Source: Clostridiales bacterium Firm_07
Lineage (GTDB): Bacteria > Bacillota > Clostridia > Oscillospirales > CAG-272
NCBI GenBank assembly: GCA_001604005.1
Contig: LVAM01000019.1
Location: forward strand, 148,754-212,753
Reading direction: 5' to 3'
Length of the DNA stretch: 64,000 bases
Below the pieces are notes generated by a model. It was given only the letters and a program-made list of their open reading frames with translations, had not been told where the DNA came from and ran no database searches. This document shows, piece after piece, positions 15,086 through 25,336 of this stretch. Position numbers and translations under genes: made by a program. How positions within the stretch are numbered: position 1 is the stretch's first letter; every line of letters starts with the position of its first letter.

Positions 15086-16798
15086 TTAAATTTTTTCCAT
15101 TGCTTTCATGCAGATCAGCGGAAACGCGTTGCCCAGCACGATGTTGGTAGCGCGCGTCAGCGCCACGCGTGCGGCGCGAACGTCGGCGTTTTCCGCAGAT
15201 AAGACCGGACAATTGTGATAAAAACGATTGTACGCCGCCGCCACGTCCAAAATATAGCGCGTGATGACGGAAGGCTCGTATTCCGCAATGGCGGAAAGCA
15301 CCTTTTCGGGGAAAAGCGACAGCACTTTTAAGAGCGCGCTCTCTTCGGGCGCCGTCAGCACGATCTGGTCCGCCCTCATCTCTCCCGCACGCGCAAGAAG
15401 CGACGCCGTGCGCGCGTAGGTGTATTGGACGTAAGGCCCGGTGTTCCCATCAAAATTCAGGGCGTCTTCCATCACGAAATTGATGTCTTTGTTGCGATTG
15501 TTGGAAAGATAGTAAAAGACGATCGCGCCCACGCCCACTGCCTCTGCCACCTTCTCTTTGTCGGCAAGATCGGGGTTTTTCTCTTCCATAATTTTCTTTA
15601 CTTCTTCGATCGCCGCGCCGAAAAGATCGCGCAACAGGATCACGTTGCCCGTGCGCGTGGCGAGTTTCGCGCCGTTGATACTGACGGTGCCGTACGGCAC
15701 GTGAACGAGTTTATCGTACCAGTCGTATCCCATCAGTTCCACGACCTTAAACCACTGCGCGAAATGCAGGCTCTGCCCCGCCGAGGTCACGTAGATCGCT
15801 TTATCAAAATGATAGGTTGCCTGCCGATAAACCGCCGCCGCGATATCCCGCGTGGGATAGAGAGTTGAACCGTCGCGTTTGAGTATCAGGCAAGGCGGCA
15901 TACCGTAAGGCGCGAGATCGACAATGGAGGCGCCGTCATCGATTTTGAGCAAACCCTTGTCGCGCAGTTTTTGCACTTCGGCGGGCATTTTGTCGGTATA
16001 AAAGCTCTCGCCTTTATAGCTGTCGAATGTAATGCCGAGCTGTCGATATGTTTTTTCATATTCGGCAAGGCTGATATCAATAAATTTCCGCCAAAGCGAA
16101 AGATTCTCGGCGTCTCCGCTTTCCAACTTGTGAAACTCGACGCGCGCCTCTTCTTCCAGCGCCTTGTTCTCTTCCGCTTCTTTATGGAAACGCACGTAAA
16201 GTTCGACCAGTTTGTCCACGCCGCCCTCGTCAATTTCTTTGGCGTTCCCCCAACGGCGGTACGCCACGATCAGTTTCCCGAACTGCGTGCCCCAGTCGCC
16301 GAGATAGTTGATTCCGACACAGTGATAACCCGCAAACTCGTGAAGACGTTTGAGGCTATGCCCGATCACGGTGGTGCCGAGATGCCCGATATGGAAAGGC
16401 TTTGCGACGTTGGGTGAGGAATAATCCAGCACCACGGTTTTTCCCGCGCCCATATCGCTTTTGCCGTAATCCTTGCCCTCGGAAAGTATCCGCGGCAGGA
16501 GGGTTTCGGCAAGATAACGGTCACTCACGGTGATGTTGAGATAGCCGCCCACCGCCTGCACGGAGCCCACCGCTTCTTCCGCTTCGATCGCGGGGATCAG
16601 CGCCGCGGCGATCGCCGCGGGTGCGCGACGCAATGCGCGGCTGAATTTGAAGCAAGGCAGCGCCAGATCTCCGAGCGTGGGGTCGGGCGGATATTCAAGC
16701 ATCGCCGCGATCTCCCCGGCGCTCGGCGCCCCCTCGGAACACATAGCGGCAAGCGCGTCTTCAAGACGCGCGGCGATTTTTTGTTTGACTGTCAGCAT
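15086..16798 (-). CDS. argS: arginine--tRNA ligase
   Basis: 570 aa. It has the HIGH region ...SSPNVAKPFHIGHLGTTVIG..., the anticodon-binding tail ...YNRFYHNCPVL..., and an AAAGGAG RBS. Confidence 0.93.
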   Translation of the reverse strand: MLTVKQKIAARLEDALAAMCSEGAPSAGEIAAMLEYPPDPTLGDLALPCFKFSRALRRAPAAIAAALIPAIEAEEAVGSVQAVGGYLNITVSDRYLAETLLPRILSEGKDYGKSDMGAGKTVVLDYSSPNVAKPFHIGHLGTTVIGHSLKRLHEFAGYHCVGINYLGDWGTQFGKLIVAYRRWGNAKEIDEGGVDKLVELYVRFHKEAEENKALEEEARVEFHKLESGDAENLSLWRKFIDISLAEYEKTYRQLGITFDSYKGESFYTDKMPAEVQKLRDKGLLKIDDGASIVDLAPYGMPPCLILKRDGSTLYPTRDIAAAVYRQATYHFDKAIYVTSAGQSLHFAQWFKVVELMGYDWYDKLVHVPYGTVSINGAKLATRTGNVILLRDLFGAAIEEVKKIMEEKNPDLADKEKVAEAVGVGAIVFYYLSNNRNKDINFVMEDALNFDGNTGPYVQYTYARTASLLARAGEMRADQIVLTAPEESALLKVLSLFPEKVLSAIAEYEPSVITRYILDVAAAYNRFYHNCPVLSAENADVRAARVALTRATNIVLGNAFPLICMKAMEKI

Positions 16799-16830
16799 AA
16801 TACTCCTTTTTCCTTTTGCACGTTACATTG

Positions 16831-16859
16831 ATTATACAACATATCTTTCGCACGATCAA
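16831..16859 (-). promoter_or_regulatory. sigma-A promoter of argS-yebC
   Basis: Minus strand: TTGATC (16859-16854), 17 nt spacer, TATAAT (16836-16831). The leader is only about 30 nt, so there is no T-box. Confidence 0.6.
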
Positions 16860-16872
16860 GAGCGATCAACGA

Positions 16873-18207
16873 TCATTCGCACGCAACCGAAAGCCCTTTG
16901 CAAAACACTGCCGGAGCGGCGGTTGCAAAAAAGCCGGGAAAGCCCATTTCGGCGCGATCGGAAACGCCGGCAACACTCTTCAAGAGATCGTAAAAATTGC
17001 CCGCGACGGTAAACCCTTTCACGGCGCGCGTCTTTTTACCGTTCTCCACCAAAAAGCCCGCGCTCTCAATGGAAAAATCCCCCGTCACGGCGCTCGCTCC
17101 CGCGTGCAGACCTTTGAGTTCGGTGATATAAATGCCGTTCCCCATACGGGCAAGCAATTCTTCCTCGCTCTCGTTTCCGGGTGCGACGGCAAGGCAATAC
17201 GGGGAGATCGAGACCGGTTCGGAAACGCCGCGGCTTGCGTTCCCCGTTGTGGCAACGCCCGCCTTTTTTGCGGTGGCAAGATCATAGAGAAGCGTTTTCA
17301 GGACGCCTTTTTCGATCAAAGGTTTCGTCCTTGTGGCGACGCCCTCGGCGTCAAACGGCATTTTCATCGTGTTTTCGGGATAGAAAGGATCGTCAAAAAG
17401 CGTGAAACACTCCGAGGCGATCGTCGTTCCCTCTTTTCCCGCAAGTCGGGAAAGTCCCATAAGAGCGTTTTTACCGCTGAATATGGGCGAGAAAGCCGAA
17501 AGGAGGGTGCGCATTTCGCGCGGAGAGAAAATGACGTCGTAAACGCCGGTCGGCAAGCCTTTGGCGCCAAGGCGCTCGGTCGCTTCCCGTACCGCTTTTC
17601 CGACCACGGTTTTTCCCTCTTTGAAAGAAGGCGAAAACGCGAACGCAGATGCCGCTTCGTTGCCTTTTTTAACGACCGCCTCCGCTGAAATATAGCGATT
17701 TTCGGCGGTGTGCGAGAGTGTAATGCCGTTGGAATTTGCCAGCGCCACCGTTACGCGCGAAACCGAAGCGCCGGTGGTGGAAGCATCGGTCGTCAGCGCG
17801 CTTTGGGCGAAAAGTTCTTCCTGCATCGCAAGCGCCACGCGGCGAAGATCCGCAACGTCGGGCAAATCGCCCGCTTCTTTTTGGAGCGAAACGTATTCGT
17901 CTTTTTTGTCGTAAAAGATCGGCGTCTCATCGCTGTCGATAACGCGTGACGCCGCAACGGCGCGCGGCACGAGATCTTCGAGGTCTTCTTTTGTAAGAGA
18001 TTCGGTCGAGGCGCTGCCGATGTGCCCGCCCGCGGCACAACGAAACGAAACGCCCGCCGCCGTGCTTGCGGAAAAGGAATTTTGCTCTTTTTTCATCGCG
18101 TCAAGCGAGAGGCTTTTTCCGATGCGGCAGTAGACGTCAAACTCCGTCAATCCCGCGCGGCGCGCGGCGGCAAAGAGAACGTCTTTGATTGTTGCAAATT
18201 CCATCAT
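16873..18207 (-). CDS. pmbA: TldD/PmbA-family metalloprotease subunit (PmbA-like)
   Basis: MMEFATIKDVLFAAARRAGLTEFDVYCRIGKSLSLDAMKKEQNSF... The start ATG overlaps the tldD TGA (ATGA). It is paired with tldD, as is usual. Confidence 0.85.
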   Translation of the reverse strand: MMEFATIKDVLFAAARRAGLTEFDVYCRIGKSLSLDAMKKEQNSFSASTAAGVSFRCAAGGHIGSASTESLTKEDLEDLVPRAVAASRVIDSDETPIFYDKKDEYVSLQKEAGDLPDVADLRRVALAMQEELFAQSALTTDASTTGASVSRVTVALANSNGITLSHTAENRYISAEAVVKKGNEAASAFAFSPSFKEGKTVVGKAVREATERLGAKGLPTGVYDVIFSPREMRTLLSAFSPIFSGKNALMGLSRLAGKEGTTIASECFTLFDDPFYPENTMKMPFDAEGVATRTKPLIEKGVLKTLLYDLATAKKAGVATTGNASRGVSEPVSISPYCLAVAPGNESEEELLARMGNGIYITELKGLHAGASAVTGDFSIESAGFLVENGKKTRAVKGFTVAGNFYDLLKSVAGVSDRAEMGFPGFFATAAPAVFCKGLSVACE

Positions 18208-19583
18208 CTGCCTCCTACCGTGATCTTCGCTACGCGGATGAGCGGCTGTCCGACGTTGGTCGGAATACTCCCGCTCGACGAACCGCACATTCCTTCCGCG
18301 GTTTCAAGATTTTGTCCTACCATATCGATGTTTTTGAGGATCTCCGTGCCCGTGCCGATGAGCGAAGCTCCCCGCACCGGCTCGCAGATCTTGCCGTTGC
18401 GCACGATATAGCCTTCTCTGACAGAAAAGTTAAACGCACCGGTCAAGGGGTCGACCGAACCGCCGCCCATAGACTTGGCGTAAAGCCCGTATTCCATCGA
18501 GGCGATGATGTCTTCGTTGCGGTCGGGTCCGTTTTCAATAAAAGTATTGGTCATACGCGAGGTCGGCTCGTACCGATAATCCTGACGGCGGGAAGAGCCC
18601 GTCATCGGCATACCCATACGCCGAGAGCCGAGCCGGTCGATCATATAGTTTTTCAGCACGCCGTTCTCGATGAGAACCGTACGACGCGGCGCGTTGCCCT
18701 CGTCGTCCATCGGGATCGAGCCCCACGCGCCGGGCAGTGTTCCGTCGTCCACGGCGGTCACTTTCGGATTGGCGATCAGCGTGCCCTGCTTCCCCGCCAT
18801 TTCCGACGCGCCGATGCCGACCGAGGTGGCTTCAAGCGAGTGCCCGCACGCCTCGTGGAAAATGACGCCGCCGAAACCGTTTTCAATCGCCACCGTCATC
18901 GTGCCCGCAGGGCAATAAGCGGCGGAAAGATTGACGAGAGCCTCTCTTGCCGCCTTCTCGCCCACGGCACGCGGCGAAATGCGCTCAAAAAATTCCATCC
19001 CAACGCCCGAACCGGGGCCGCAGAAACCGGATTGCGTATCCTCGCCGTTTGCCGCCATCGCCTGCATGGCAAGGCGGGTGCGCACTTTTCTGCCTTCGCG
19101 GCAGAGCCCCGCGGTGTTGGCGACGAGAAAAGTGCGATCGACGTCGACATAAGTGCCGACCACTTGCCGGATCTTGTCGCTCACGGCGTACGCGCCGGCG
19201 CCCGCTTCACGCAAGATCTCGGCTTTTCTTGCCGTTTCCGCGTCGGCGGGAAAGGTTTGCACGGTATCTTTCGGCAATGCGTCTGGCGTCAGCGATACGG
19301 CGTGCGCGAAAGGGCTTTTCTCTCCGAGAGCCCCGGCAACCGTGGCGGCACAGGCACGAAGCCCCGCGGGGGTAAGATCGGCGGTGGAGGCGTAATAGGT
19401 CTTCGTACCGCAAAAGGCACGAATGCCGACGCCCGCGAGAAAGTGGTCTTTTACGCTTTCCACTTTCCCCTCCATCAAACGGATCTGCTCCGTGTGTTCC
19501 CGTTCGGCAAAAACTTCGGCAAAATCCGCCCCCGTCGATACCGCGATATCCAGCAGTTCTTCGAGCAGTCGTTTTTCGATCAT
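18204..19583 (-). CDS. tldD: TldD-family metalloprotease
   Basis: 459 aa with the HEACGHSLE zinc motif, ...GGGSVDPLTGAFNF... and an AAAGGAG RBS. Confidence 0.9.
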   Translation of the reverse strand: MIEKRLLEELLDIAVSTGADFAEVFAEREHTEQIRLMEGKVESVKDHFLAGVGIRAFCGTKTYYASTADLTPAGLRACAATVAGALGEKSPFAHAVSLTPDALPKDTVQTFPADAETARKAEILREAGAGAYAVSDKIRQVVGTYVDVDRTFLVANTAGLCREGRKVRTRLAMQAMAANGEDTQSGFCGPGSGVGMEFFERISPRAVGEKAAREALVNLSAAYCPAGTMTVAIENGFGGVIFHEACGHSLEATSVGIGASEMAGKQGTLIANPKVTAVDDGTLPGAWGSIPMDDEGNAPRRTVLIENGVLKNYMIDRLGSRRMGMPMTGSSRRQDYRYEPTSRMTNTFIENGPDRNEDIIASMEYGLYAKSMGGGSVDPLTGAFNFSVREGYIVRNGKICEPVRGASLIGTGTEILKNIDMVGQNLETAEGMCGSSSGSIPTNVGQPLIRVAKITVGGR

Positions 19584-19594
19584 AACTTCTCCTT

Positions 19595-20737
19595 TCAGTC
19601 GGGACGGCGTTCTCCCAGGATCAAGCGATATTTCTGATAAAAGCTTTCAAAATATCCCTCGTCTAGCGCCTCTCTGATCTTGGCGGTCAAATCGTTGTAA
19701 AAATACAGATTGTGCGTCACCGCAAGACGCATACCGAGCGATTCTTTGGCTTTGAGCAGGTGACGGATATAGGAGCGCGAGTAATTGCGGCAGGCGGGAC
19801 AGCCGCATTCTTCCGCGATCGGCGCGGGAGAGTGCGCGTATTTTTCGTTGAGCAAATTGATTTTTCCGTGCCAAGTGAAGAGGTTTCCGTGCCGCGCGTT
19901 GCGGCTGGGCATCACGCAGTCGAAGAAATCGACGCCGCGATGCACCGCTTCGAGAATATTGCACGGTGTGCCGACACCCATCAGATAACGCGGTTTGTCG
20001 ATGGGCATAAAGGGCTCTACCGCGTCGATGATACGGTACATCTCCTCGGTCTCCTCGCCCACGGCAAGCCCGCCGATGGCGTAGCCGTCAAGATCCAACG
20101 CCGCGATCTTTTGCATATTGTCGATGCGCAGATCCTCGTAAGTACCGCCTTGATTGATACCGAAGAGCATCTGATGCGGATTGATGGTGTCGGGCAGCGC
20201 GTTAAGACGCGCCATTTCCGCTTTGCAACGGACGAGCCAGCGATAGGTGCGCTCCGCGGATTCTTTCACGTAATCGTACGGTGCGGGATTTTCCACGCAT
20301 TCGTCAAACGCCATCGCGATGGTGGAAGCGAGGTTGGATTGTATCCGCATACTCTCTTCCGGTCCCATAAAGATGCGTTTGCCGTCGATGTGGGAGGCAA
20401 AATGCACGCCTTCCTCGGTGATCTTACGCAACTGCGCGAGCGAGAAGACCTGAAATCCGCCGCTGTCGGTGAGAATAGGACGATCCCAGTTCATAAAGCG
20501 GTGCAGTCCGCCCATATCGCGGATAAGATCGTCGCCGGGACGCAGGTGGAGATGATATGTATTGGAAAGCTCGACCTGACAGTTCAGATCTTTCAGTTCC
20601 ACGGTAGAAACGCCGCCCTTGATCGCGGCGCAGGTGCCGACGTTCATAAAAACGGGCGTTTCGATCGCGCCGTGCACGGTGTCAAGCACGCCGCGGCGCG
20701 CCCTGCCGTCTTGTTTTTTCAGTGTAAACTTGGACAT
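19595..20737 (-). CDS. tgt: tRNA-guanosine(34) transglycosylase (queuine tRNA-ribosyltransferase)
   Basis: MSKFTLKKQDGRARRGVLDTVHGAIETPVFMNVGT...DSGGFQVFSL...CxCxxC...H zinc site (CGCPACRNYSRSYIRHL). The ATG at 20737 lies 5 nt after AAGGAG; the ORF track starts 6 nt earlier at a GTG. Confidence 0.95.
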   Translation of the reverse strand: MSKFTLKKQDGRARRGVLDTVHGAIETPVFMNVGTCAAIKGGVSTVELKDLNCQVELSNTYHLHLRPGDDLIRDMGGLHRFMNWDRPILTDSGGFQVFSLAQLRKITEEGVHFASHIDGKRIFMGPEESMRIQSNLASTIAMAFDECVENPAPYDYVKESAERTYRWLVRCKAEMARLNALPDTINPHQMLFGINQGGTYEDLRIDNMQKIAALDLDGYAIGGLAVGEETEEMYRIIDAVEPFMPIDKPRYLMGVGTPCNILEAVHRGVDFFDCVMPSRNARHGNLFTWHGKINLLNEKYAHSPAPIAEECGCPACRNYSRSYIRHLLKAKESLGMRLAVTHNLYFYNDLTAKIREALDEGYFESFYQKYRLILGERRPD

Positions 20738-20746
20738 TGTCACTCC

Positions 20747-22705
20747 TTATGTTCTGCCGAACTGACGATCGAGCATCGCGCGCGTCAGTTTGACGGCAAT
20801 CGGACGCCCGTGCGGGCATACCGTGATATCTTCCAATTCCGCAAGGCGGCGGCATAGCCACGCGACGTATTCCGGCGGATATTCCCGCCCGCCTTTCATC
20901 GCCGCTTTGCACGCGCCCTGATAAAGTGCTTTTTCAAAGAGAATATCCCGCGAGATCGTGGCTTTTCCCTCTCCGTCGCGCAGTTGAGCGGCAATGGTGA
21001 GGAGCAGTTCTCCCGCTTCTCTTGCCGTCAACCCGTCCGGAATTTCCGAAACCGCGATTTCGTTTTCCGACACGGCAAAGGAAAATCCGACCGCGCCGAC
21101 CTCTTTTTCAAAAGCGTGCAAAGTTTCGCAATCTTCTCGTGAAGCCGAGAGCGTGAGCGGCAAAAGAAGGCTTTGCGTGGGGCGCTCGCTCGCCCGCAGA
21201 TTGCGCAGCAGATCCTCAAAGATCACTCTCTCGTGCGCGGCGTGTTTGTCGATCAAGAGGAGAGTATCTCCGACTTCTGCCAAAATATACATACGGAACG
21301 CCTCGCCGATCACCCGCCACTCCGCACGCGGGAACAAGATCGCGCGCTCGTCGGGCTTTTGCTCCGACACCCTTTCGGCTTCTTTTACGGCATCGGCGAC
21401 AGCGGGCAGTGCGCGCGGCGCGTCTTTTTGCTCCGTCTCTTCTTCTCTTTTTCCGAAAGTTTCTCCCAAAGCCGCCGAAATCGGGATTTCCGCGTTTTTC
21501 TCGCCGCTCGATTTTCCGAAAGCGTTGGCAAGACGGTTTTGCGCGAAACGGTTTTGATATTCCGCCGCGCTCATACGGGAAAACGCGGGCGCGGTGCGCT
21601 CACCGAACATCGGCACCTGCCTTTTGTCCAGGCTCTCCCGCTTTCCCTCCTCAATGGGCGCGAAAGCGTGCGCCGCGTCCGGGCGCGGTGCGGGGATCTT
21701 CAATTCGGGGCGATCCGTATTCTCTTCCAGCGCGGCGCGCACGGCGTAATAGACCGCCTCGAAAACGGGGCGCTCGTTTGAAAACTTGACTTCCAGTTTC
21801 GCCGGGTGCACGTTGACGTCCACCGCCGCGGGATCAATGGTGATATAAAGCACACAACACGGAAATTTTTCGGGGGCGATAAAGGAAGTATACGCTTGTT
21901 CCAGCGCGGCGCTTGCCGTTTTGGAAGTGATGTACCGCCCGTTGATAAAGAAATTTTCATAATTGCGTTTGGGACGCGCGCTGTCTGGTCTGCCGATAAA
22001 GCCTTCCACGCGCACGCCGCCGTCACCGCCCGAAACGGCGATGAGTTTTGCGGCAAATTCTCTGCCGAAAACGGCGTAAACCGCGTTTTTCGGATTGCCG
22101 TCTCCCGCCGTTTCCAAGCGCATATTGCCGTCCACGATAAGACGCACCGCGATCTCGGGGTGGGAGAGGGCTATTTTTTCAACGTAAGCGGAAACGGCAA
22201 TGGATTCCGATACGTCTTTTTTCAAAAACTTGCGCCTTGCGGGGACGTTGAAAAACAAATTCTCCACGATGACCGTCGTGCCCTTCGGCGCGCCCTGCTC
22301 CGTGATCTCTTTGATCTCTCCCGCCGAGGAAACGAGCATCGCGCCCATTTGCGCCTCTTTTGTGCGCGTGATGATCCGCAACTCCGAGACCGCCGCGATG
22401 GCGGCAAGCGCCTCGCCGCGAAAGCCGAGGGTGGTAATGCCTTCAAGATCCTTTTCGGTGCTGATCTTGCTTGTGGCGTGACGCTTTACGGCGATCGGCA
22501 GATCCTCCGCCGTCATACCGCACCCGTCGTCGGCAACGCGCATAAAGGTGGTGCCGCCGTTGCGGATCTCCACCGTGATATGCCGCGCACCCGCGTCAAT
22601 GGCGTTTTCCATCAGCTCCTTGACGACGGAAGCGGGGCGGTCCACCACCTCGCCCGCCGCGATGAGATTGGCGACGGCAAACGACAAGACATTGATTTTT
22701 CCCAT
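20747..22705 (-). CDS. mutL: DNA mismatch repair endonuclease MutL
   Basis: MGKINVLSFAVANLIAAGEVVDRPASVVKELMENAIDAGA... is the GHKL ATPase N-terminus. The C-terminal ...CPHGRP... endonuclease region is present. Confidence 0.95.
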   Translation of the reverse strand: MGKINVLSFAVANLIAAGEVVDRPASVVKELMENAIDAGARHITVEIRNGGTTFMRVADDGCGMTAEDLPIAVKRHATSKISTEKDLEGITTLGFRGEALAAIAAVSELRIITRTKEAQMGAMLVSSAGEIKEITEQGAPKGTTVIVENLFFNVPARRKFLKKDVSESIAVSAYVEKIALSHPEIAVRLIVDGNMRLETAGDGNPKNAVYAVFGREFAAKLIAVSGGDGGVRVEGFIGRPDSARPKRNYENFFINGRYITSKTASAALEQAYTSFIAPEKFPCCVLYITIDPAAVDVNVHPAKLEVKFSNERPVFEAVYYAVRAALEENTDRPELKIPAPRPDAAHAFAPIEEGKRESLDKRQVPMFGERTAPAFSRMSAAEYQNRFAQNRLANAFGKSSGEKNAEIPISAALGETFGKREEETEQKDAPRALPAVADAVKEAERVSEQKPDERAILFPRAEWRVIGEAFRMYILAEVGDTLLLIDKHAAHERVIFEDLLRNLRASERPTQSLLLPLTLSASREDCETLHAFEKEVGAVGFSFAVSENEIAVSEIPDGLTAREAGELLLTIAAQLRDGEGKATISRDILFEKALYQGACKAAMKGGREYPPEYVAWLCRRLAELEDITVCPHGRPIAVKLTRAMLDRQFGRT

Positions 22706-22716
22706 TGTTTTCTCCT

Positions 22717-25314
22717 TTATCCGAGCCGTTTTTTCAGATCAAAGAGCAAATTCATCGCCTCGTAGGGCGTGAGCATATTGAGATCGGTCCGACGCAAAAT
22801 TTCCGCCACCTCCCTCTCAAAACAGTTGTCCAGCGTGATAAGGCTCTCGTCCTTTTCCTCTTTTTTTGCGTGTTTTTCAGGCGCGGTCGTGACCGCTTTG
22901 GCGGTCTCTTCCACTTTTTCCAACACCTCGCGCGCACGGCGGATCACTTCGTTTGGCAGTCCCGCAAGTTTTGCCACTTCAATGCCGTAACTGTCGTCGG
23001 TGGAGCCGCGCACGATCTTGCGAAGAAACGTGATCGAGTCGCCGCGCTTTTTTGCGGCGATATTGTAGTTGACCACGCCGTCCAGTTCTTCTTCAAGCGA
23101 AGTCAGCTCGTGATAATGCGTGGCAAACAGCGTTTTCGCGCCGATCTTGCGGCTGCTTGTGTATTCCGCGATGGCGCGCGCGATGCTCATACCGTCAAAG
23201 GTGCTCGTACCCCTGCCGACCTCGTCGTAAATAATGAGGCTGTGGCGCGTGGCGTTGCGCAAAATATAGGCGACCTCGTTCATTTCAAGCATAAAGGTCG
23301 ATTGTCCCGATGCCAGATCGTCCGACGCGCCCACGCGGGTAAAGAGTTTATCGACCACGCCGATCTCCGCCGAGGCGGCGGGCACGAAAGAGCCGATCTG
23401 CGCCATCAGTACGATGAGCGCGACCTGTCGCATGTAGGTGGATTTGCCCGCCATATTCGGACCCGTGATGAGAAGCAAGCGGTTGTTTTTCGTATCCAGC
23501 AACACGTCGTTGGGAACGAAATACGCGTCTTTTACGAACTGCTCCACCACGGGGTGACGTCCGTCCTTGATGACGATGGCGTCGCCGTTGTTGACGTCGG
23601 GGCAAACGTAATTGTTCTTTGCCGCCACGTCGGCAAAAGAGAGATACACGTCAAGCTTAGCAAGCAGCGCGGCGGCGCGCTGTATGCGCTCCGACGCCTC
23701 CGCAACCGAGGCGCGCACCGCTTGGAAGAGCTCGTATTCCAGCGCGCAGACCTTGTCCGCCGCGCCGAGGATCGTCGCTTCCATATCTTTGAGTTCCTCG
23801 GTAATATACCGCTCTCCGTTGGCAAGCGTCTGCTTGCGGATATAGCGATCGGGTACTTGATCAACAAAAGATTTGGAGACCTCGATATAATACCCGAAGA
23901 CTTTGTTATACCCTACCTTTAACGTGCGAATACCGGTTTTTTCTCTCTCTTCCAGCGCCACGCGTTCGATAAAGGATTTGCCGTCCCGCATCACGCTGTT
24001 CAAATAATCCACCTGTTCACTGTATCCCGGACGAATGAGTCCGCCCTCGCGAAGCACAAAGGGCGGGTCTTCGGCTATGGCGTTGTCGATCAGTTCCCGC
24101 ACGTCGGAAAGTTCGTCAAGATCGCGGTAAATGCGCGTAAGTTCCTCGCCAGCGGTGCCGGAGAGCAGACGCCGCACCTCGGGTAACACCGCCACGGTCG
24201 ACGCCACGGCGCGCAAGTCTTTTGCGTTTGCCGTGCCGTAAACGATACGGGTGATGAGGCGTTCCAGATCAAGCACGCCCGAGAGCGCCTCGGAGAGTTC
24301 GCGGCGCAAAAGGAAGTTGTCAAAAAGTTCGGAAACGGCGTTTTGTCTTGTTTTGATCTCCCGCACCGAAAGGAGCGGGTGTTCGATATAGGAGCGCAGA
24401 AGCCGTGCGCCCGCCGCCGTAACGGTGCGATCAAGCACCCAAAGAAGCGTGCCGCGCTTCTCTTTACTGCGCATCGTTTCGGTCAGTTCCAGATTGCGGC
24501 GGGTGTTGATGTCCATATCGAGGTACTGCCCGTCGGAATAGATTGTCAGTTCTTTGATGTAGGAGAGGTTGCCGCGCTGCATTTCCCCGATATAGGAAAG
24601 GAGCGCGCCGAGTGCCGCGATCATCGAAAGATCGTCGCGGGCGCTTTCGGGAAACGCCGCGCTGAACTGTGAGAAAACGCGCTCGCGCGCTCCGCCGATT
24701 TCAAAGCGCGCCGCTTCCCCGTCCTCTAACATCGCGCCCACGCGCGTGGTGATAAAATCGCAAAGCTCTCCGAACGCCGCGCGGGAAAGATCGGTGATGA
24801 CTTCACTTGGCATATAGGTGCCGAGTTCGCTCTGCAACCGCGCTTCTTTGTTGTCACCCGCAAGCGTTGTGGCGTACACTTCTCCCGTGGACACGTCGGC
24901 AACGGCAAAACCGATCTGCGCACCTTCAAGACACACGGAAGCAATAAAGTTGTTCTTCTTTTCCGAGAGCATCGTCGGCTCGGTCAGCGTACCCGGCGTG
25001 ACCACGCGAATAATGTCGCGCTTGACCAGTCCCTTTGCCGTTGCCGGATCTTCCATCTGCTCGCAAATGGCGACTTTATAGCCTTTTGCGATCAAGCGCG
25101 CAATATAGGTGTCGGCGCTGTGGAACGGCACGCCGCACATCGGGGCGCGCTCGGCTTCGCCGCAATCCCGCCCGGTCAGCGTCAGTTCCAACTCGCGGGA
25201 CGCCGTGACGGCGTCGTCAAAAAACATCTCGTAAAAATCTCCGAGACGATAAAAAAGCAGGTAATCCTTGTATTGATTTTTGATCTCAAAGTACTGCTGC
25301 ATCATCGGCGTCAT
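22717..25314 (-). CDS. mutS: DNA mismatch repair protein MutS
   Basis: The ATG at 25314 follows a GGAGG RBS. MTPMMQQYFEIKNQYKDYLLFYRLGDFYEMFFDDA..., Walker A GPNMAGKST and ...ATHYHEL... are all present. Confidence 0.96.
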   Translation of the reverse strand: MTPMMQQYFEIKNQYKDYLLFYRLGDFYEMFFDDAVTASRELELTLTGRDCGEAERAPMCGVPFHSADTYIARLIAKGYKVAICEQMEDPATAKGLVKRDIIRVVTPGTLTEPTMLSEKKNNFIASVCLEGAQIGFAVADVSTGEVYATTLAGDNKEARLQSELGTYMPSEVITDLSRAAFGELCDFITTRVGAMLEDGEAARFEIGGARERVFSQFSAAFPESARDDLSMIAALGALLSYIGEMQRGNLSYIKELTIYSDGQYLDMDINTRRNLELTETMRSKEKRGTLLWVLDRTVTAAGARLLRSYIEHPLLSVREIKTRQNAVSELFDNFLLRRELSEALSGVLDLERLITRIVYGTANAKDLRAVASTVAVLPEVRRLLSGTAGEELTRIYRDLDELSDVRELIDNAIAEDPPFVLREGGLIRPGYSEQVDYLNSVMRDGKSFIERVALEEREKTGIRTLKVGYNKVFGYYIEVSKSFVDQVPDRYIRKQTLANGERYITEELKDMEATILGAADKVCALEYELFQAVRASVAEASERIQRAAALLAKLDVYLSFADVAAKNNYVCPDVNNGDAIVIKDGRHPVVEQFVKDAYFVPNDVLLDTKNNRLLLITGPNMAGKSTYMRQVALIVLMAQIGSFVPAASAEIGVVDKLFTRVGASDDLASGQSTFMLEMNEVAYILRNATRHSLIIYDEVGRGTSTFDGMSIARAIAEYTSSRKIGAKTLFATHYHELTSLEEELDGVVNYNIAAKKRGDSITFLRKIVRGSTDDSYGIEVAKLAGLPNEVIRRAREVLEKVEETAKAVTTAPEKHAKKEEKDESLITLDNCFEREVAEILRRTDLNMLTPYEAMNLLFDLKKRLG

Positions 25315-25336
25315 CGCGGCACCTCCTTTTCCTTTT